From a virus, in IMG/VR virus record IMGVR_UViG_3300029309_000001, positions 55,027 to 119,026 of that record: a stretch of DNA of 64,000 bases; one strand, written 5' to 3'. Each line of letters begins with the position of its first letter. The stretch's first letter is position 1. This document shows, piece by piece, positions 11,801 through 21,018 of this stretch. The position numbers and the translations under genes are program-made. The notes under the pieces were generated by a model. It made no database searches, had not been told where the DNA came from, and saw only the letters and a program-made list of their open reading frames with translations.

Positions 11801-12501
11801 AAAGTAGAACCTCTACCAGTTTCTAATGGTGTAAACATGTTTACTAAAGGAAGGAATTTTGAAAGAGTTTTTCCTAAAAGTGGTTTTATAGCTTGCAATG
11901 CAGTTCTTATACCTAATTGATCAGTATTATCTTCAGAATCTTCTCCCCCATGTTTTTTCTTTTTTAAATTTGGAGTTTTATAACCTCCTTTAGCAAAAGC
12001 ATCAGCTTCTTCTTCAGAATTAAAATAATAAACCTCTCCTCTTTCTAACGCCATTTTAAAAGCATCTTGTTCTTGACCTTTTTGAAACTCTGTCCATGAT
12101 GTAGGATCTGGAGTTTCTTGTCCTTCTACAGTAGGATATAACATTGGTATAACCATATAAATAGGACTACCATCATCATCTGTCATTTCAATAGTAGTCA
12201 TAAGATGTGTAGATACATTTCCCATTTGTTTATTATAATTAGGAAGTAATTTATTATCTCTTTCTGTTCTTCTTTGTTTTACTTTATTTGTTGGTTTGTC
12301 TTGAACAGGTTGTTCAAATACCATGTTACCTGGAAACTTATAATTAAAACCAGGTTGCATTAATTGTTGATTACCAAAATTATCTGTACCCATAACTGGA
12401 AAGTCTACACCTTTCATAGTTATATCTCCAGATGGTATAATATTATAAGGATTATTTACATCCTTACTATTTCTTTTATATCCGTCTTTACTTAATTTCA
12501 T
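5821..12501 (-). CDS. Giant (2226 aa) polyvalent cargo protein with two zincin (HExxH) domains and a C-terminal lysozyme/transglycosylase-like domain
   Basis: Zincin motifs IMAHELGH and FRHEDQH; SLT-like motif GVAYAES-x-NPESTATGLYGQ; GG..AQ/FQ linkers between domains. Confidence 0.75.
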   Translation of the reverse strand: MKLSKDGYKRNSKDVNNPYNIIPSGDITMKGVDFPVMGTDNFGNQQLMQPGFNYKFPGNMVFEQPVQDKPTNKVKQRRTERDNKLLPNYNKQMGNVSTHLMTTIEMTDDDGSPIYMVIPMLYPTVEGQETPDPTSWTEFQKGQEQDAFKMALERGEVYYFNSEEEADAFAKGGYKTPNLKKKKHGGEDSEDNTDQLGIRTALQAIKPLLGKTLSKFLPLVNMFTPLETGRGSTLSGTHFSNIPDILEMNKDDIQVYEILLGKKPPKEGVLLNSPEFDEFSKALILANQADSIENSIAEQFNIPNYQSTGEVLPNTLTDEEMAIANKYQPVVDWYGSYLKGNTFDHLKNKIIDNSDKPGWTNRFFKSGTKQGLQYIDDYPYRMQHEDSIWLEPLDEPIILGPSIEEKFTGSLGQHKHKKGYSTKTRSSITIDPINNYIGPFTEEQQKDIMAHELGHTEGGFFVGDQNLQAKINKRNKAFQNVWNQLSEDEQQYMTENPNEIKRWLDRNYSTTPGFHNADPSEVRSDLIEFRYQADKSGIYDSSGDYKKFTEEDLKKMKEKHGYNRLFKNFSDEDIIWLMDNVAQQTPQGTDNPFEIVDDFGQSNFMSRDGGQLPKAQWYNPFDPKYKTLYQGVKSFFSPSKNTLNLNYRSTRNPSLFTNKPTGSMGQFNTVLRQNWPYANWQDYIASQQIPLQSSNIQLPTIINDSELTKIIDNKGDINNNLFLQYLQKIKGLSPQERYDRGKMLGVYETMMQNNRGRGAINYNAFADEVQQSLNPTLLFPTMYTSLQSPTSNFTTYWQGDESNIFKGDNSARGNLLLTTIDDAGVTDYSKTTGSAHFGKNLTDKLVLGHNRVAFSDEFPDATISVEKQSDYAQKYNKNLQNRKDYLSKENPVNYDGHLRKIENYNYVLNYIKDVDTNPEEAYHFIDAMLETEDGMHWTNQHLIGTIRDFIRSSPSIRANAEYRGPNVSDKDYQTSVDISNHNFFNNEEFNSIMRSNVNAPNISKELQLEIAQHPAFKSFVDSKIKYEENLINKSKKQNKEIKEQNKKELDELNNPSEVELNLKEFRKNPQQILLSELADYSAKSGKDYLHLPLSSTVAKTQGYTADKFGAPNPLYTEYNWTGHSWNDFLSEVDQTLGNLIKSDAVGKETLGPFTFDKTNPKKMIVTYKQPDGNTIEISGGFQEQKNKIEEIRNNFLTNQGYNPDDVTAISNPSAYPKRYQSILNKNTEKQLKKDINKVFGKDYPYEIITDQKGNQYIRVKVPDSYLSKYNLDIESPGIIPIKGKDLYKLGGSLPKAQYKDLFNPAKIKKTIQTVKDTKDYLRSYLPTWLGGTSKNISNVGKDYYNAQPGYFQNYHGLTGNTFTDIVDQSKKDLAFFKDDLDDDLIRIHNEAIGREARGNVNYNAFEDLYGTGEVGTPTTSLFEDFSMVQPLDLKSLIYNPEYISTLQMGKPVLGAGSHSMDVKDMSKSLTGNTSYLNIRNDILERMNTTEGRRRIKENYLGPNASDTDVDKFIATYKQIPIINNFNSYGPDDSPYFFSGENYNQLEKGILPFVSMNTNALPENWLRNIFRHEDQHALDYVGKLIRNSGNTEKNVFGFGSTTIPITDDATKIFDQRLGAANTNWFSPNLKFVDDGGLTSSALLKNQMLIDDGYSLWGNADKGFGVRNKETQDYMTEPIKTVTPKKTNSPSFESPGTLYIEPTAHVAELQQYLLDNKYISDAYDNITGDLISKVRADNAKLLPGTDYDGYVMRILDQTKDTKQNNKLIANLLNKMLTGVPITAATLEGLELNNLEEKKTGGSIKDKYNKRLPKFQMQGQNNPGWLANRLYKSVTPIGYNMDQAMVEMLYGEKQPFMWDGVETSFDDFQNHPRFKDNPNAGEYIKNASEDLWGMYLGFDQKHNTVSKSKFKPTLGVEDDKSVYYSFNNVDDIMDDIIERGITKDASKDKWQINDSAAGGFNLSNYQISRGMDDERELPYYAYYDEYDFDIPTGLGFNIEGESIVGKPFDIYGRIYYHPDTKELIPPSELDANWVDFEKLKQGVAYAESLNGELMINPESTATGLYGQRFSEISTMYDGSRQDFANDIEAQNKYFENRYRGKLEGVKGLRESGIDLYKIYSKQIPSFPYTTTEVAALVNFLGRQGTREYLGYVLRDGNSLESVFPDKYGVNAGQANKTPQEYIEKFNEGITKKQMGGEVDKVTDRLIKKYENGDKLTPAGTKHLKSLGMI

Positions 12502-15500
12502 TATCTAAAAGATATATTCATTTTACTGTTATTTAACTTAAGTAACATTTTTCTATCACCTGAAACATTCTTTCTTAGAACTAACATGTTATAGTAATGT
12601 CTAAACTTCTTTCTTTGTAACTCTGCTTTGTTATAATTAAGATTTGCTTGATTTAAATCTTTTATATAACCATTTAATCTTGTAATCCAAATAGATCTTT
12701 CTATACCACTAAACTCACCTCTATCATCTGTAATATCCCAGAATTGATTAAATCTATATTTTTGCTCTTCCTTAGAATATAAAATTTGTATATCAGTAGG
12801 AGGATTAATTATAGGATATTGATTTAACAAAGGTACATTATTTTTAGGAGATAGATCTAAAGTAAGTAGACCAGATACTTGTTCTGAATTAAATATAACT
12901 GCTTCATCAAAATTCCAATCTAAATCATGCCATTTATCTGTACCTATTAATTGTTGAGGTCTTGGTAAATTAAAGTTTTTATAAACATAAGATTCCATTT
13001 GATATTCAACACTTCTTAATGTATTTACTACTTGACCTGAGTTTTCAATTAATGTAATTTCCCATGGATAATCTTGACCATAGAAGTTTGCATATAAATC
13101 ATTTCTTGCATTATGTTTCCATATACCACCTACTTCATAATTTGCAGGTACACATTGTTGATATTCATAATTACATATTAAAGGATTTGGATTTATATAA
13201 CCTGGTGTTCCTGCTAAAAATAAATCATCACATTGAGTACCAGGCTCAAACCAAGTTGTTGCTTGAGATGGATCAGGCACAGGTATAGGAGGACACTCAC
13301 ATAAAACTCTTTTACATATTGGTGGATTAAATGAACTACAAACTTGACCTGCAGGTACTTCTGTATAACCAGGTGGACATTCACAAGATACACACTGTGG
13401 TAAAGGTGCACTTGGATCTGGATCACATGGTATAGTAGCAGGCGTATCAGGAACAGTATTAGGTGGACAATTACAACTTACTAATGAATCAACTATAAGC
13501 TGTGCTACATCACCATAATTACTTGCATCAACTGCAAAATGATTAACATTACAAACAGAAGGACCTTGATTACCATTAAATCCTCTTGGCGGCATACAAT
13601 TAATAGTATTTTCCCATGCATTACCACAAGCAGGAGCATTACCTGATGCAAATACAGCATATACTTCTACATTAGGAGGAAAATTAGCTGTATTTTGACA
13701 TGCAACATCAGCATCTGTAATAAAAATAGCAACTTGTCTAGTTGCAGTAGATGCACCTAACATACTAGCATCATTAAGTCTATTTAAAGCTGCTTGATAA
13801 GTTGTAGCTGCTCCATTTGCATTATTAGGAATAGCAGTAACATCAGCAGTTACAGTTGCTGCATTTCCGTTAAGAGGTGAAACAATATAATCTGAAGGAT
13901 TTCCACCTGCTGTATTATTATTAGACCAATTTGCTACACCAACTTGTACATTATTTGTACCTGCAGAACCACCATCCATTCCACCAGATAATAAAGTAAT
14001 GCAAGTATTTATAAATTGTTTTTGAAATACTTGTGTATTATTAGCTGCAGGTCTAGTTGATCCAGAATAATCATTTAAAAAGAATACATCTAAATCTTCA
14101 CTAAATGCAGATCTTTCTGTATCTACTGAAGTTACTATACTTTCTGTAAAATCTATTTCAACAAATGCTGGATCTGAGTCAGTAACAGTAATACAACATT
14201 CACCAACGCTAGGATCAAATGAATATCCTGGAGGACATTGTGGTATTTCAGTAGTTACAGTTTTAGATGTCATGAAATGATTAATACTATTGAATGTTAA
14301 TTCAGGGTGCCAATCATGGAATGAGATCCAAGCTTTTGCTTTTGGATCATAACTAACTGTCCAAGAAACATCTTGGAAATATGTTGGGTTATCTAATTGA
14401 AAAGGTATGTAAGTCAATACATCTTCATATATAGGATCTACTTGTTCAAAGCAATCACATTCTTCTGTTACAAAGTTATATGAACAATTAGGTCCACACT
14501 CAGGTGTTACACCTGGGCATATTGCTTCTGCTAGATCAGCAACAATACCTGGTATATTATCAAATTGAAAATTTCCAGCCATAAATGGATTTGGATCTCC
14601 TGTCATAAAATCATTACCTGCCATTGCTTGTGCATAATCTAATTGATCTTGTGTAGGTACATTATTATTTCTTAACCATCCTGGAATTATTTCTAATTGT
14701 CCAATAAAATTAGGATTTGCTGAATCTTGATATTGAGGATTTACATGAACATTAGCTTGTAACCATTGTATAATATCATCATCAAATCCTTGTGATGCAA
14801 ATGAAGCATGAGAGTTACCACCTAAATTTACCATAGGTGGAGTTACAGGCACAGCTACATGTGGAGCATTAATAGCTGATTGTGCGCCTGCTCCTGGTGG
14901 ACAAGTAGGACAACACATAGGAGGGCTTGTTAATTGGTTTGGTCTATTTACAAACCAAAATGGATTAGGTGCTGGAAAAGGATAACAAGTATTATTAACA
15001 TTTGCAACACTAGAAAAACCATCATATAAGAAAACAAGTTTTTTAGGAATACCAACTCTTGCATTTGCAGGATTAAATAATTCATTTATACCAGACCATA
15101 ATCCATCAGCTACATTTGTACCTTGTCGTATAGTTTGACCTGTTCCAACATTATAACTATTTATCCAACCTCCCATAATACCAGAAGGATTTGTTGGAGT
15201 AACAGCAGAAGGATCTGTTTGAGAAATTAAATTATCATTAAATGTTAATCCTTGCGGAGTAGCTAATGCATCATTTATATTACCTGGTTGTACATCTATT
15301 GGTAATTGACTATATACACCATCCCAAGCACGTGTACCAAAAGCCATAATCCCCATTTTTGTGAAACCTAGATCCATGCTATTTCTAAATGCATTAGTTA
15401 AACCTGTAACTAAATTTCTCATTGATGCTACATTATTTTGAGTATTTACAGAAGCAGAAGCATCTGTTACAATCATAATATCAAATTCACATGGTGGAGC

Positions 15501-18500
15501 AGGTGGACCAAATGGAACATCTGTATAAGATTTTTCACACATTTGTGTTGCTGGATTATATGTAAATCCATCAGGGCATGTTATGTTTTGTGCAACACCA
15601 CTACATGCTGTTTCATTATAATAGAATCCATCACATGGTACATACTCAATACATGGAGAGTTTGTATATTGTTCTGATACATTCCAATCTCTTTTAGAAA
15701 AATAAACTATGTCATTATTAGTATCATATACAGTTTGACAACCAGCTGCTGTTACAGGGTTATCAATTATTTGAGGGCAATCTTCTATCTCAGGAAATGC
15801 AGCTAATAATTGAGATGGTAAATATTTATTAAACCACCACTTCATTCCTGTATTAGTTATATTAATTAAACCTTGACCTGATGTTTGAAATATTTTTCCT
15901 TGTTCTTGAGATATATAAAATAATCCCATTGGTGTATTTAAAACTCCTCTTGAACTTTCAGATGAACCATATTCATGAGATACATCAGAGTTTACTACTT
16001 CTCTAAAGTTTCTATCTACAAATAAACCTCCGTCACCAACAGTTATTTTTGTTCCTGCATCTGTAGTTAATTGATCATTACCTGTAAATATTTTTGGTGA
16101 CATTCTAGGAAATAATACCATAGCACCATAACCACTTATAGGTTTAATAGTATTAATTGTATCTTTAAATTCTTTATAGTTTAATGGAAGGAACACTCTC
16201 CAAAAATCTTTCTTTGCTTCTTTTTTTGCTTGTAAAGAATATATTAAACGTTTTTCATATGTAGTATAACAAGTTTCTGCTACTAATGGATCATAATATC
16301 TAGGTTGTATATTACCAAAAGATGTTGTTCTAGTAATAAATTGATCTATACTTAATGCTTTGTCATACTTATAGAAGTTACCTTTTTTAATATGATCAAC
16401 GTGGAATAGACTTGTAAGATCAGAATACTCTAATCTATCATAATGTCTTTTTTCCATATCTTCACCCCAATCTCTAAAGGCTAAGTTTATTTCTGATTCT
16501 ACAAAAAAGTCATTTACACCATTACAATGTAAATACATAAAACCTTCAGTTATATGAAATAAATTACCTCTTCCTCCAGTAGCACCAAAAAATCCAAGAG
16601 TACCTAAAGCATTAAGATCTCTATCTAAATAATAATAATCATTAGGCATTGCATTTTGAAAAGTATTTGCACCACCAAATAACCAACCCATACCTCCAAT
16701 AGCTTTTGTTAATTCATCTAATCTATATTGTTCTGTATTCATCCAATACGTAGGAAATGGTACATTAGGATATTTTCTATAATCAAATACAAAACCATCT
16801 CTTTCATTATCATCTAAATAATCCCAGAAAAAAGGCATAATAGCTTTTTCTGTATATCTATTTATATATACATCACCTCCAAATAATGGTTGTTGTGTAT
16901 TAAATCTTGTTAATGTAGAAATAATAGGATTACCACTTGCATCAGTTGGTAGTTGATCAGCAAAAAATTCTACACATCCACGCATTGGTATTTGTCTTAT
17001 ACTATCTAATTGACCATATTGATTATCAATGTTAAATTTCATAGCACAATAATGTGCTGCAATATTTGTTGTACTAGGACTTCCAGGATTAGTATGATCT
17101 GCTATACCTGCTCCAGCTGGTACAGTTCCAATTGTAAACTTTGAATTATCATTAAAACCTAATTGTGCTGGATTTTGTAATCCTGCACCATCAAGATTTA
17201 CAGCTACAGTTGTAGGTCTATTTAAATTATTAATTCTAATATTAGCATTAAGTTGAGATATACTACCTTTTAAATATCTTGCAGTATCTATAGAATGTCT
17301 AAATACAGTACCTCCTGGTAATTGATTCATATTTCTATACCAACCATGACTGTTATATTTCATGGCAAAATCTTGAAAACTACAAAGATTATAAATTAAA
17401 TCTATAATTTCCTGACCACCAGTAGCAACATAATTTAAAAAAGTTTGAGCTCCTCCTAATAGACCAATAATTCCAGGTGTTTGAGTAAATCTACTTCCTT
17501 TATAAATTCTTTCTGCTTTTGGTCCTATTGTACCTGCTGTATTCCAACGTGTATTTTGTGCTAAATTTATTGCTCCTTGATCTGCTGCTTGAGCAGCACT
17601 ACCAAAAGCTCCTCCTCCTACTATTAAAGCTGCATCACCTAAAGTTCTACCAGTTCCCATACCAGGTGTTCCTCCTGTTGCATTAGTTCTATCAGTAATA
17701 GCACCACTTGTTAACCAATTACCATTACCCCCAGCCCAACCTGAAGCATGAGGAGCAGCTCCAGTTTGACCTCCACTTCTTGCAGTAGTAGTTTCATTAA
17801 AACTAGGACTTGTTGCATTAGCAGTAGCTGACCATCCATTAGCAAATGCATTACCTGGTGTCATAACTATATTAGTACTATTTCCAGTTTGTGCTTGCCC
17901 TCTTTCTTGACCCATATTATAAGACTGACCAGTTGTTATTTTTCTATCAATTGGTCCTCTCATTTCATACATTGCATATCCTATACCTATAAAAGCTGCT
18001 AAGATAGCTGTTGAATTACGTAATAATTTTTCACCTGGATGCTTTTCAGATTTTTGAAATCTTCCTTTAGCATTACCTGTTAATACACCATATGATTTTA
18101 ATTCATATGCATTTAAAAATGGTCTATTAAACATTAATTCAGGTGAATGAAATGTATGTACATTATTTGAAAATGTATTAATTTGACCACCAAAATTACC
18201 TGTATGAGGACCAAGATCTGTTCCTTGTAACCAGTTTTGCATACCAGTACCCCAGCTTTGAATTGAAACAGTTCCTGTTGGATCTGTAGGTGTTCCAAGA
18301 TTTCCAGGTGATCTTAAATATGGATCTGCTCCTAGATCATTAAATGGATAGTTAGGTATAAAGAATTGTGTTGTACCATCTCCTGATGCTGTTTCTGTAG
18401 GAGCATAAGCTTCCATATTTTTTAATATACCTTTTCCTAATATAGATTTATTACCTTCCCGTGTTCCTACTAAAAATTCATATCCAACTATATTAGTTAT

Positions 18501-20087
18501 AAGATTTCCATCATTATCTCTTGGCCATGGTATATTTGTAAATTCTACTGCAAGATTAAATATAGAAGCTCCTCCTGGTGAAGATGTAGCTGTTGTTCCA
18601 TCTGGTACACTATTATCATCTGGCATTTTATGATGTCTAATAGGTTGACCACATAAACCGCCATATCTTATTTGATCTTGAGGATATAATTCTGTTGACT
18701 CCCAATAAGCCATTGCACCTCTAGTTCTAATAATACCACCATCTGGTTGTGTTTGATTTATATTAACTGAAGTAGGAAATGCTGTATTATATACTTTAAA
18801 TACTGGATCTGTTGGATCTAATGCATTTGGATCACCACCTATAACTGTACGTTCATCTACAGCTATACCACCTGCATTAAAAGGTACAGATGCTCTACCT
18901 GGTATATGATATGAAGAAGAACGTTCACCTGTATTATATATAAATCTTATAAAGAATGTATATACTTCATCTCTTAAAAATGAAGGTTTATTACCGCCAT
19001 TATAATAATAATCTACAGGATATTCAACAGATACCCAATTAGTTTGTATTTGATTTGCTAATGGTTGATAGTTAAAATCAAATTGTTCTGTAGGTTGTGT
19101 TCTTACTAAATAATCATTTACAACAAACATTCCTTTTGACTTTTCATATGCTGGTCTTCTTAAAGGAAGAAAATCAAGAGGAAGTGATTTTAATGCTTGA
19201 TTTAAATAATCTAATTTAATAGTAGTTTGTTCTGTACTATAATTTCCAACAACATATGCTTTTACTTCTGATACAACATCTGTTAATAATACTAATTGAT
19301 ATTGATCAAATTCTGTATCTAAATTAGATAAAGTTAATATTAATGACCCTGAAGTATCATCATGATCAAACAATGGTTGTACATTAGATATACCTATATA
19401 ATCTCCATATACTTGATCATTAATTGTATATGCTATAAATGCTTGATATGATCCATTTCTTAATTGTCCTCCTTCAGGAGCCTTTTGTAAATCAAGACAT
19501 GGTGTATCAATTAATGGAGCTAATCTAATTCTTTCACAATCTAATGTTAATGGTTGTATGTTTTCTCTTACTACACAAGCAGCACCAGGAGCTGATGTTA
19601 TTATTTGTACATAAGGAGGTTCATCTAATATTATTGTTCTAGAAGGATTTAAACCGTCATCCCAATATAGTTGCCATTTACATTCAAAATTTTCTTTAGC
19701 AGCACCTATAATTAAATTATCAGTACTAAAATTTAAACAAGGATCATTTATTAATCTTGTATATTCACATTTACTATCATCAAACACCCCTATTTCTGAA
19801 GATATATTATCTGTTGAATAAACAGCCCACTGATCACCATAAATATGTATTGAACCAATTATTGTATATGGTATTTCTGCACATTCAAAATTTGCTGGCT
19901 CATTACCTATTACACCTGTATCTCCATCTATAGAATTATTTATAGCATTAACTGCATGCTCCCATACTTCTTTACTTGCTATAGATGCAAAGGTATCTTT
20001 TACCATACCTTTCATAAATAGATTAGATTCTACAGATGAGGTCTTTTGTGGTAACTGTGGATTTTGATTCTTTTTCTTTTTAGCCAT
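12501..20087 (-). CDS. Tail stabilization/muzzle protein (crAss-like Tstab) with vWA and Cys-rich insertions
   Basis: N-terminal FMKGMVKD...AVNAINNS..G.IGNE, SFLRDEVYTF and C-terminal WTVSYDP..KAWISFHDW are typical of this family. It lies directly after the tail tubular gene. Confidence 0.75.
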   Translation of the reverse strand: MAKKKKNQNPQLPQKTSSVESNLFMKGMVKDTFASIASKEVWEHAVNAINNSIDGDTGVIGNEPANFECAEIPYTIIGSIHIYGDQWAVYSTDNISSEIGVFDDSKCEYTRLINDPCLNFSTDNLIIGAAKENFECKWQLYWDDGLNPSRTIILDEPPYVQIITSAPGAACVVRENIQPLTLDCERIRLAPLIDTPCLDLQKAPEGGQLRNGSYQAFIAYTINDQVYGDYIGISNVQPLFDHDDTSGSLILTLSNLDTEFDQYQLVLLTDVVSEVKAYVVGNYSTEQTTIKLDYLNQALKSLPLDFLPLRRPAYEKSKGMFVVNDYLVRTQPTEQFDFNYQPLANQIQTNWVSVEYPVDYYYNGGNKPSFLRDEVYTFFIRFIYNTGERSSSYHIPGRASVPFNAGGIAVDERTVIGGDPNALDPTDPVFKVYNTAFPTSVNINQTQPDGGIIRTRGAMAYWESTELYPQDQIRYGGLCGQPIRHHKMPDDNSVPDGTTATSSPGGASIFNLAVEFTNIPWPRDNDGNLITNIVGYEFLVGTREGNKSILGKGILKNMEAYAPTETASGDGTTQFFIPNYPFNDLGADPYLRSPGNLGTPTDPTGTVSIQSWGTGMQNWLQGTDLGPHTGNFGGQINTFSNNVHTFHSPELMFNRPFLNAYELKSYGVLTGNAKGRFQKSEKHPGEKLLRNSTAILAAFIGIGYAMYEMRGPIDRKITTGQSYNMGQERGQAQTGNSTNIVMTPGNAFANGWSATANATSPSFNETTTARSGGQTGAAPHASGWAGGNGNWLTSGAITDRTNATGGTPGMGTGRTLGDAALIVGGGAFGSAAQAADQGAINLAQNTRWNTAGTIGPKAERIYKGSRFTQTPGIIGLLGGAQTFLNYVATGGQEIIDLIYNLCSFQDFAMKYNSHGWYRNMNQLPGGTVFRHSIDTARYLKGSISQLNANIRINNLNRPTTVAVNLDGAGLQNPAQLGFNDNSKFTIGTVPAGAGIADHTNPGSPSTTNIAAHYCAMKFNIDNQYGQLDSIRQIPMRGCVEFFADQLPTDASGNPIISTLTRFNTQQPLFGGDVYINRYTEKAIMPFFWDYLDDNERDGFVFDYRKYPNVPFPTYWMNTEQYRLDELTKAIGGMGWLFGGANTFQNAMPNDYYYLDRDLNALGTLGFFGATGGRGNLFHITEGFMYLHCNGVNDFFVESEINLAFRDWGEDMEKRHYDRLEYSDLTSLFHVDHIKKGNFYKYDKALSIDQFITRTTSFGNIQPRYYDPLVAETCYTTYEKRLIYSLQAKKEAKKDFWRVFLPLNYKEFKDTINTIKPISGYGAMVLFPRMSPKIFTGNDQLTTDAGTKITVGDGGLFVDRNFREVVNSDVSHEYGSSESSRGVLNTPMGLFYISQEQGKIFQTSGQGLINITNTGMKWWFNKYLPSQLLAAFPEIEDCPQIIDNPVTAAGCQTVYDTNNDIVYFSKRDWNVSEQYTNSPCIEYVPCDGFYYNETACSGVAQNITCPDGFTYNPATQMCEKSYTDVPFGPPAPPCEFDIMIVTDASASVNTQNNVASMRNLVTGLTNAFRNSMDLGFTKMGIMAFGTRAWDGVYSQLPIDVQPGNINDALATPQGLTFNDNLISQTDPSAVTPTNPSGIMGGWINSYNVGTGQTIRQGTNVADGLWSGINELFNPANARVGIPKKLVFLYDGFSSVANVNNTCYPFPAPNPFWFVNRPNQLTSPPMCCPTCPPGAGAQSAINAPHVAVPVTPPMVNLGGNSHASFASQGFDDDIIQWLQANVHVNPQYQDSANPNFIGQLEIIPGWLRNNNVPTQDQLDYAQAMAGNDFMTGDPNPFMAGNFQFDNIPGIVADLAEAICPGVTPECGPNCSYNFVTEECDCFEQVDPIYEDVLTYIPFQLDNPTYFQDVSWTVSYDPKAKAWISFHDWHPELTFNSINHFMTSKTVTTEIPQCPPGYSFDPSVGECCITVTDSDPAFVEIDFTESIVTSVDTERSAFSEDLDVFFLNDYSGSTRPAANNTQVFQKQFINTCITLLSGGMDGGSAGTNNVQVGVANWSNNNTAGGNPSDYIVSPLNGNAATVTADVTAIPNNANGAATTYQAALNRLNDASMLGASTATRQVAIFITDADVACQNTANFPPNVEVYAVFASGNAPACGNAWENTINCMPPRGFNGNQGPSVCNVNHFAVDASNYGDVAQLIVDSLVSCNCPPNTVPDTPATIPCDPDPSAPLPQCVSCECPPGYTEVPAGQVCSSFNPPICKRVLCECPPIPVPDPSQATTWFEPGTQCDDLFLAGTPGYINPNPLICNYEYQQCVPANYEVGGIWKHNARNDLYANFYGQDYPWEITLIENSGQVVNTLRSVEYQMESYVYKNFNLPRPQQLIGTDKWHDLDWNFDEAVIFNSEQVSGLLTLDLSPKNNVPLLNQYPIINPPTDIQILYSKEEQKYRFNQFWDITDDRGEFSGIERSIWITRLNGYIKDLNQANLNYNKAELQRKKFRHYYNMLVLRKNVSGDRKMLLKLNNSKMNISFR

Positions 20088-20098
20088 TGTTATCTAAA

Positions 20099-21016
20099 TT
20101 ATACTCTTCTTCTTGGTGCATGACTTGCAAACATATCATAATAATTATGATATTGTGCTTTTCTATTTACTTCCCAAATTTTTCTTACTTCTTCAAAATT
20201 TGGTGTATTTACAAAGCCAAGAGCATTATTTCTTGCAGCTCTTAATTTAACTTGAATTAATCCAAGTTGTTGTGCAACATTTTCTCCTTGGAAAATCATG
20301 TTTTCTAATATTCTTTCTTTTAGTGCATATTCATAATATTCATTACAATAAGGATGATCTAATACTAATAGTTCACCATCATTATTTTCTAATATACCTT
20401 GATAACTTAAATATACTTTACCTGTTGTAAATGTTGTTAATAAATACCCATCTTGTATTTCTGCTAGATTATGAGATTGTGTATTTAAATTTGGACATTC
20501 ACAACTTACATGAGATGTACTAGTTATACGTAAAGGAAAGAATGATGTATATTCTCTTACTGTAGATTCATTCATTCTTTGAAGAACTATATATTCTCCA
20601 CTAAATGTTGTAACACCTTTACCTCTATCTACTGGACATGTTTTAACAACACATACATTTTCACAATCTTCTGGTTTTGTACATACATGAGGTTGACTTG
20701 GATCTGGTGTCCACTTAGGTTGTGTTGTGTCAGTATGAGTTCCAGATGGTGCAGTATTTACTATTTGATATTCACTACAAACAAATGCATAATTAAGAGT
20801 TTTAAAATCTGAAGGCATTTGTGCTTTATTATGTTCAACATCAATAATTGATTCTTTACTTTGATGTATTCTTAAACCTAAATCATAATTAACTCTTGTT
20901 GCTACTTTAATTAATTGTTGAGGTTCAATCATACCTTCAAGATCATATGTAGAAAAATCTACTTTAACATCTTCTAGCAATTGATCAAATGTTCTATATT
21001 TATGTGATATGGCCAT
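20099..21016 (-). CDS. Tail tubular/ring protein
   Basis: About 300 aa, immediately upstream of the stabilization gene. The C-terminal GYLLTTFTTGKVYLSY..G.L...D motif resembles crAss-like Ttub. Confidence 0.65.
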   Translation of the reverse strand: MAISHKYRTFDQLLEDVKVDFSTYDLEGMIEPQQLIKVATRVNYDLGLRIHQSKESIIDVEHNKAQMPSDFKTLNYAFVCSEYQIVNTAPSGTHTDTTQPKWTPDPSQPHVCTKPEDCENVCVVKTCPVDRGKGVTTFSGEYIVLQRMNESTVREYTSFFPLRITSTSHVSCECPNLNTQSHNLAEIQDGYLLTTFTTGKVYLSYQGILENNDGELLVLDHPYCNEYYEYALKERILENMIFQGENVAQQLGLIQVKLRAARNNALGFVNTPNFEEVRKIWEVNRKAQYHNYYDMFASHAPRRRV

Positions 21017-21018
21017 GT

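Noticed and set aside
669-12501. Virion RNA polymerase in the giant ORFs
   Set aside because: No DxDxD double-psi barrel motif in a convincing context. The polymerase genes probably lie beyond the left edge of the window.
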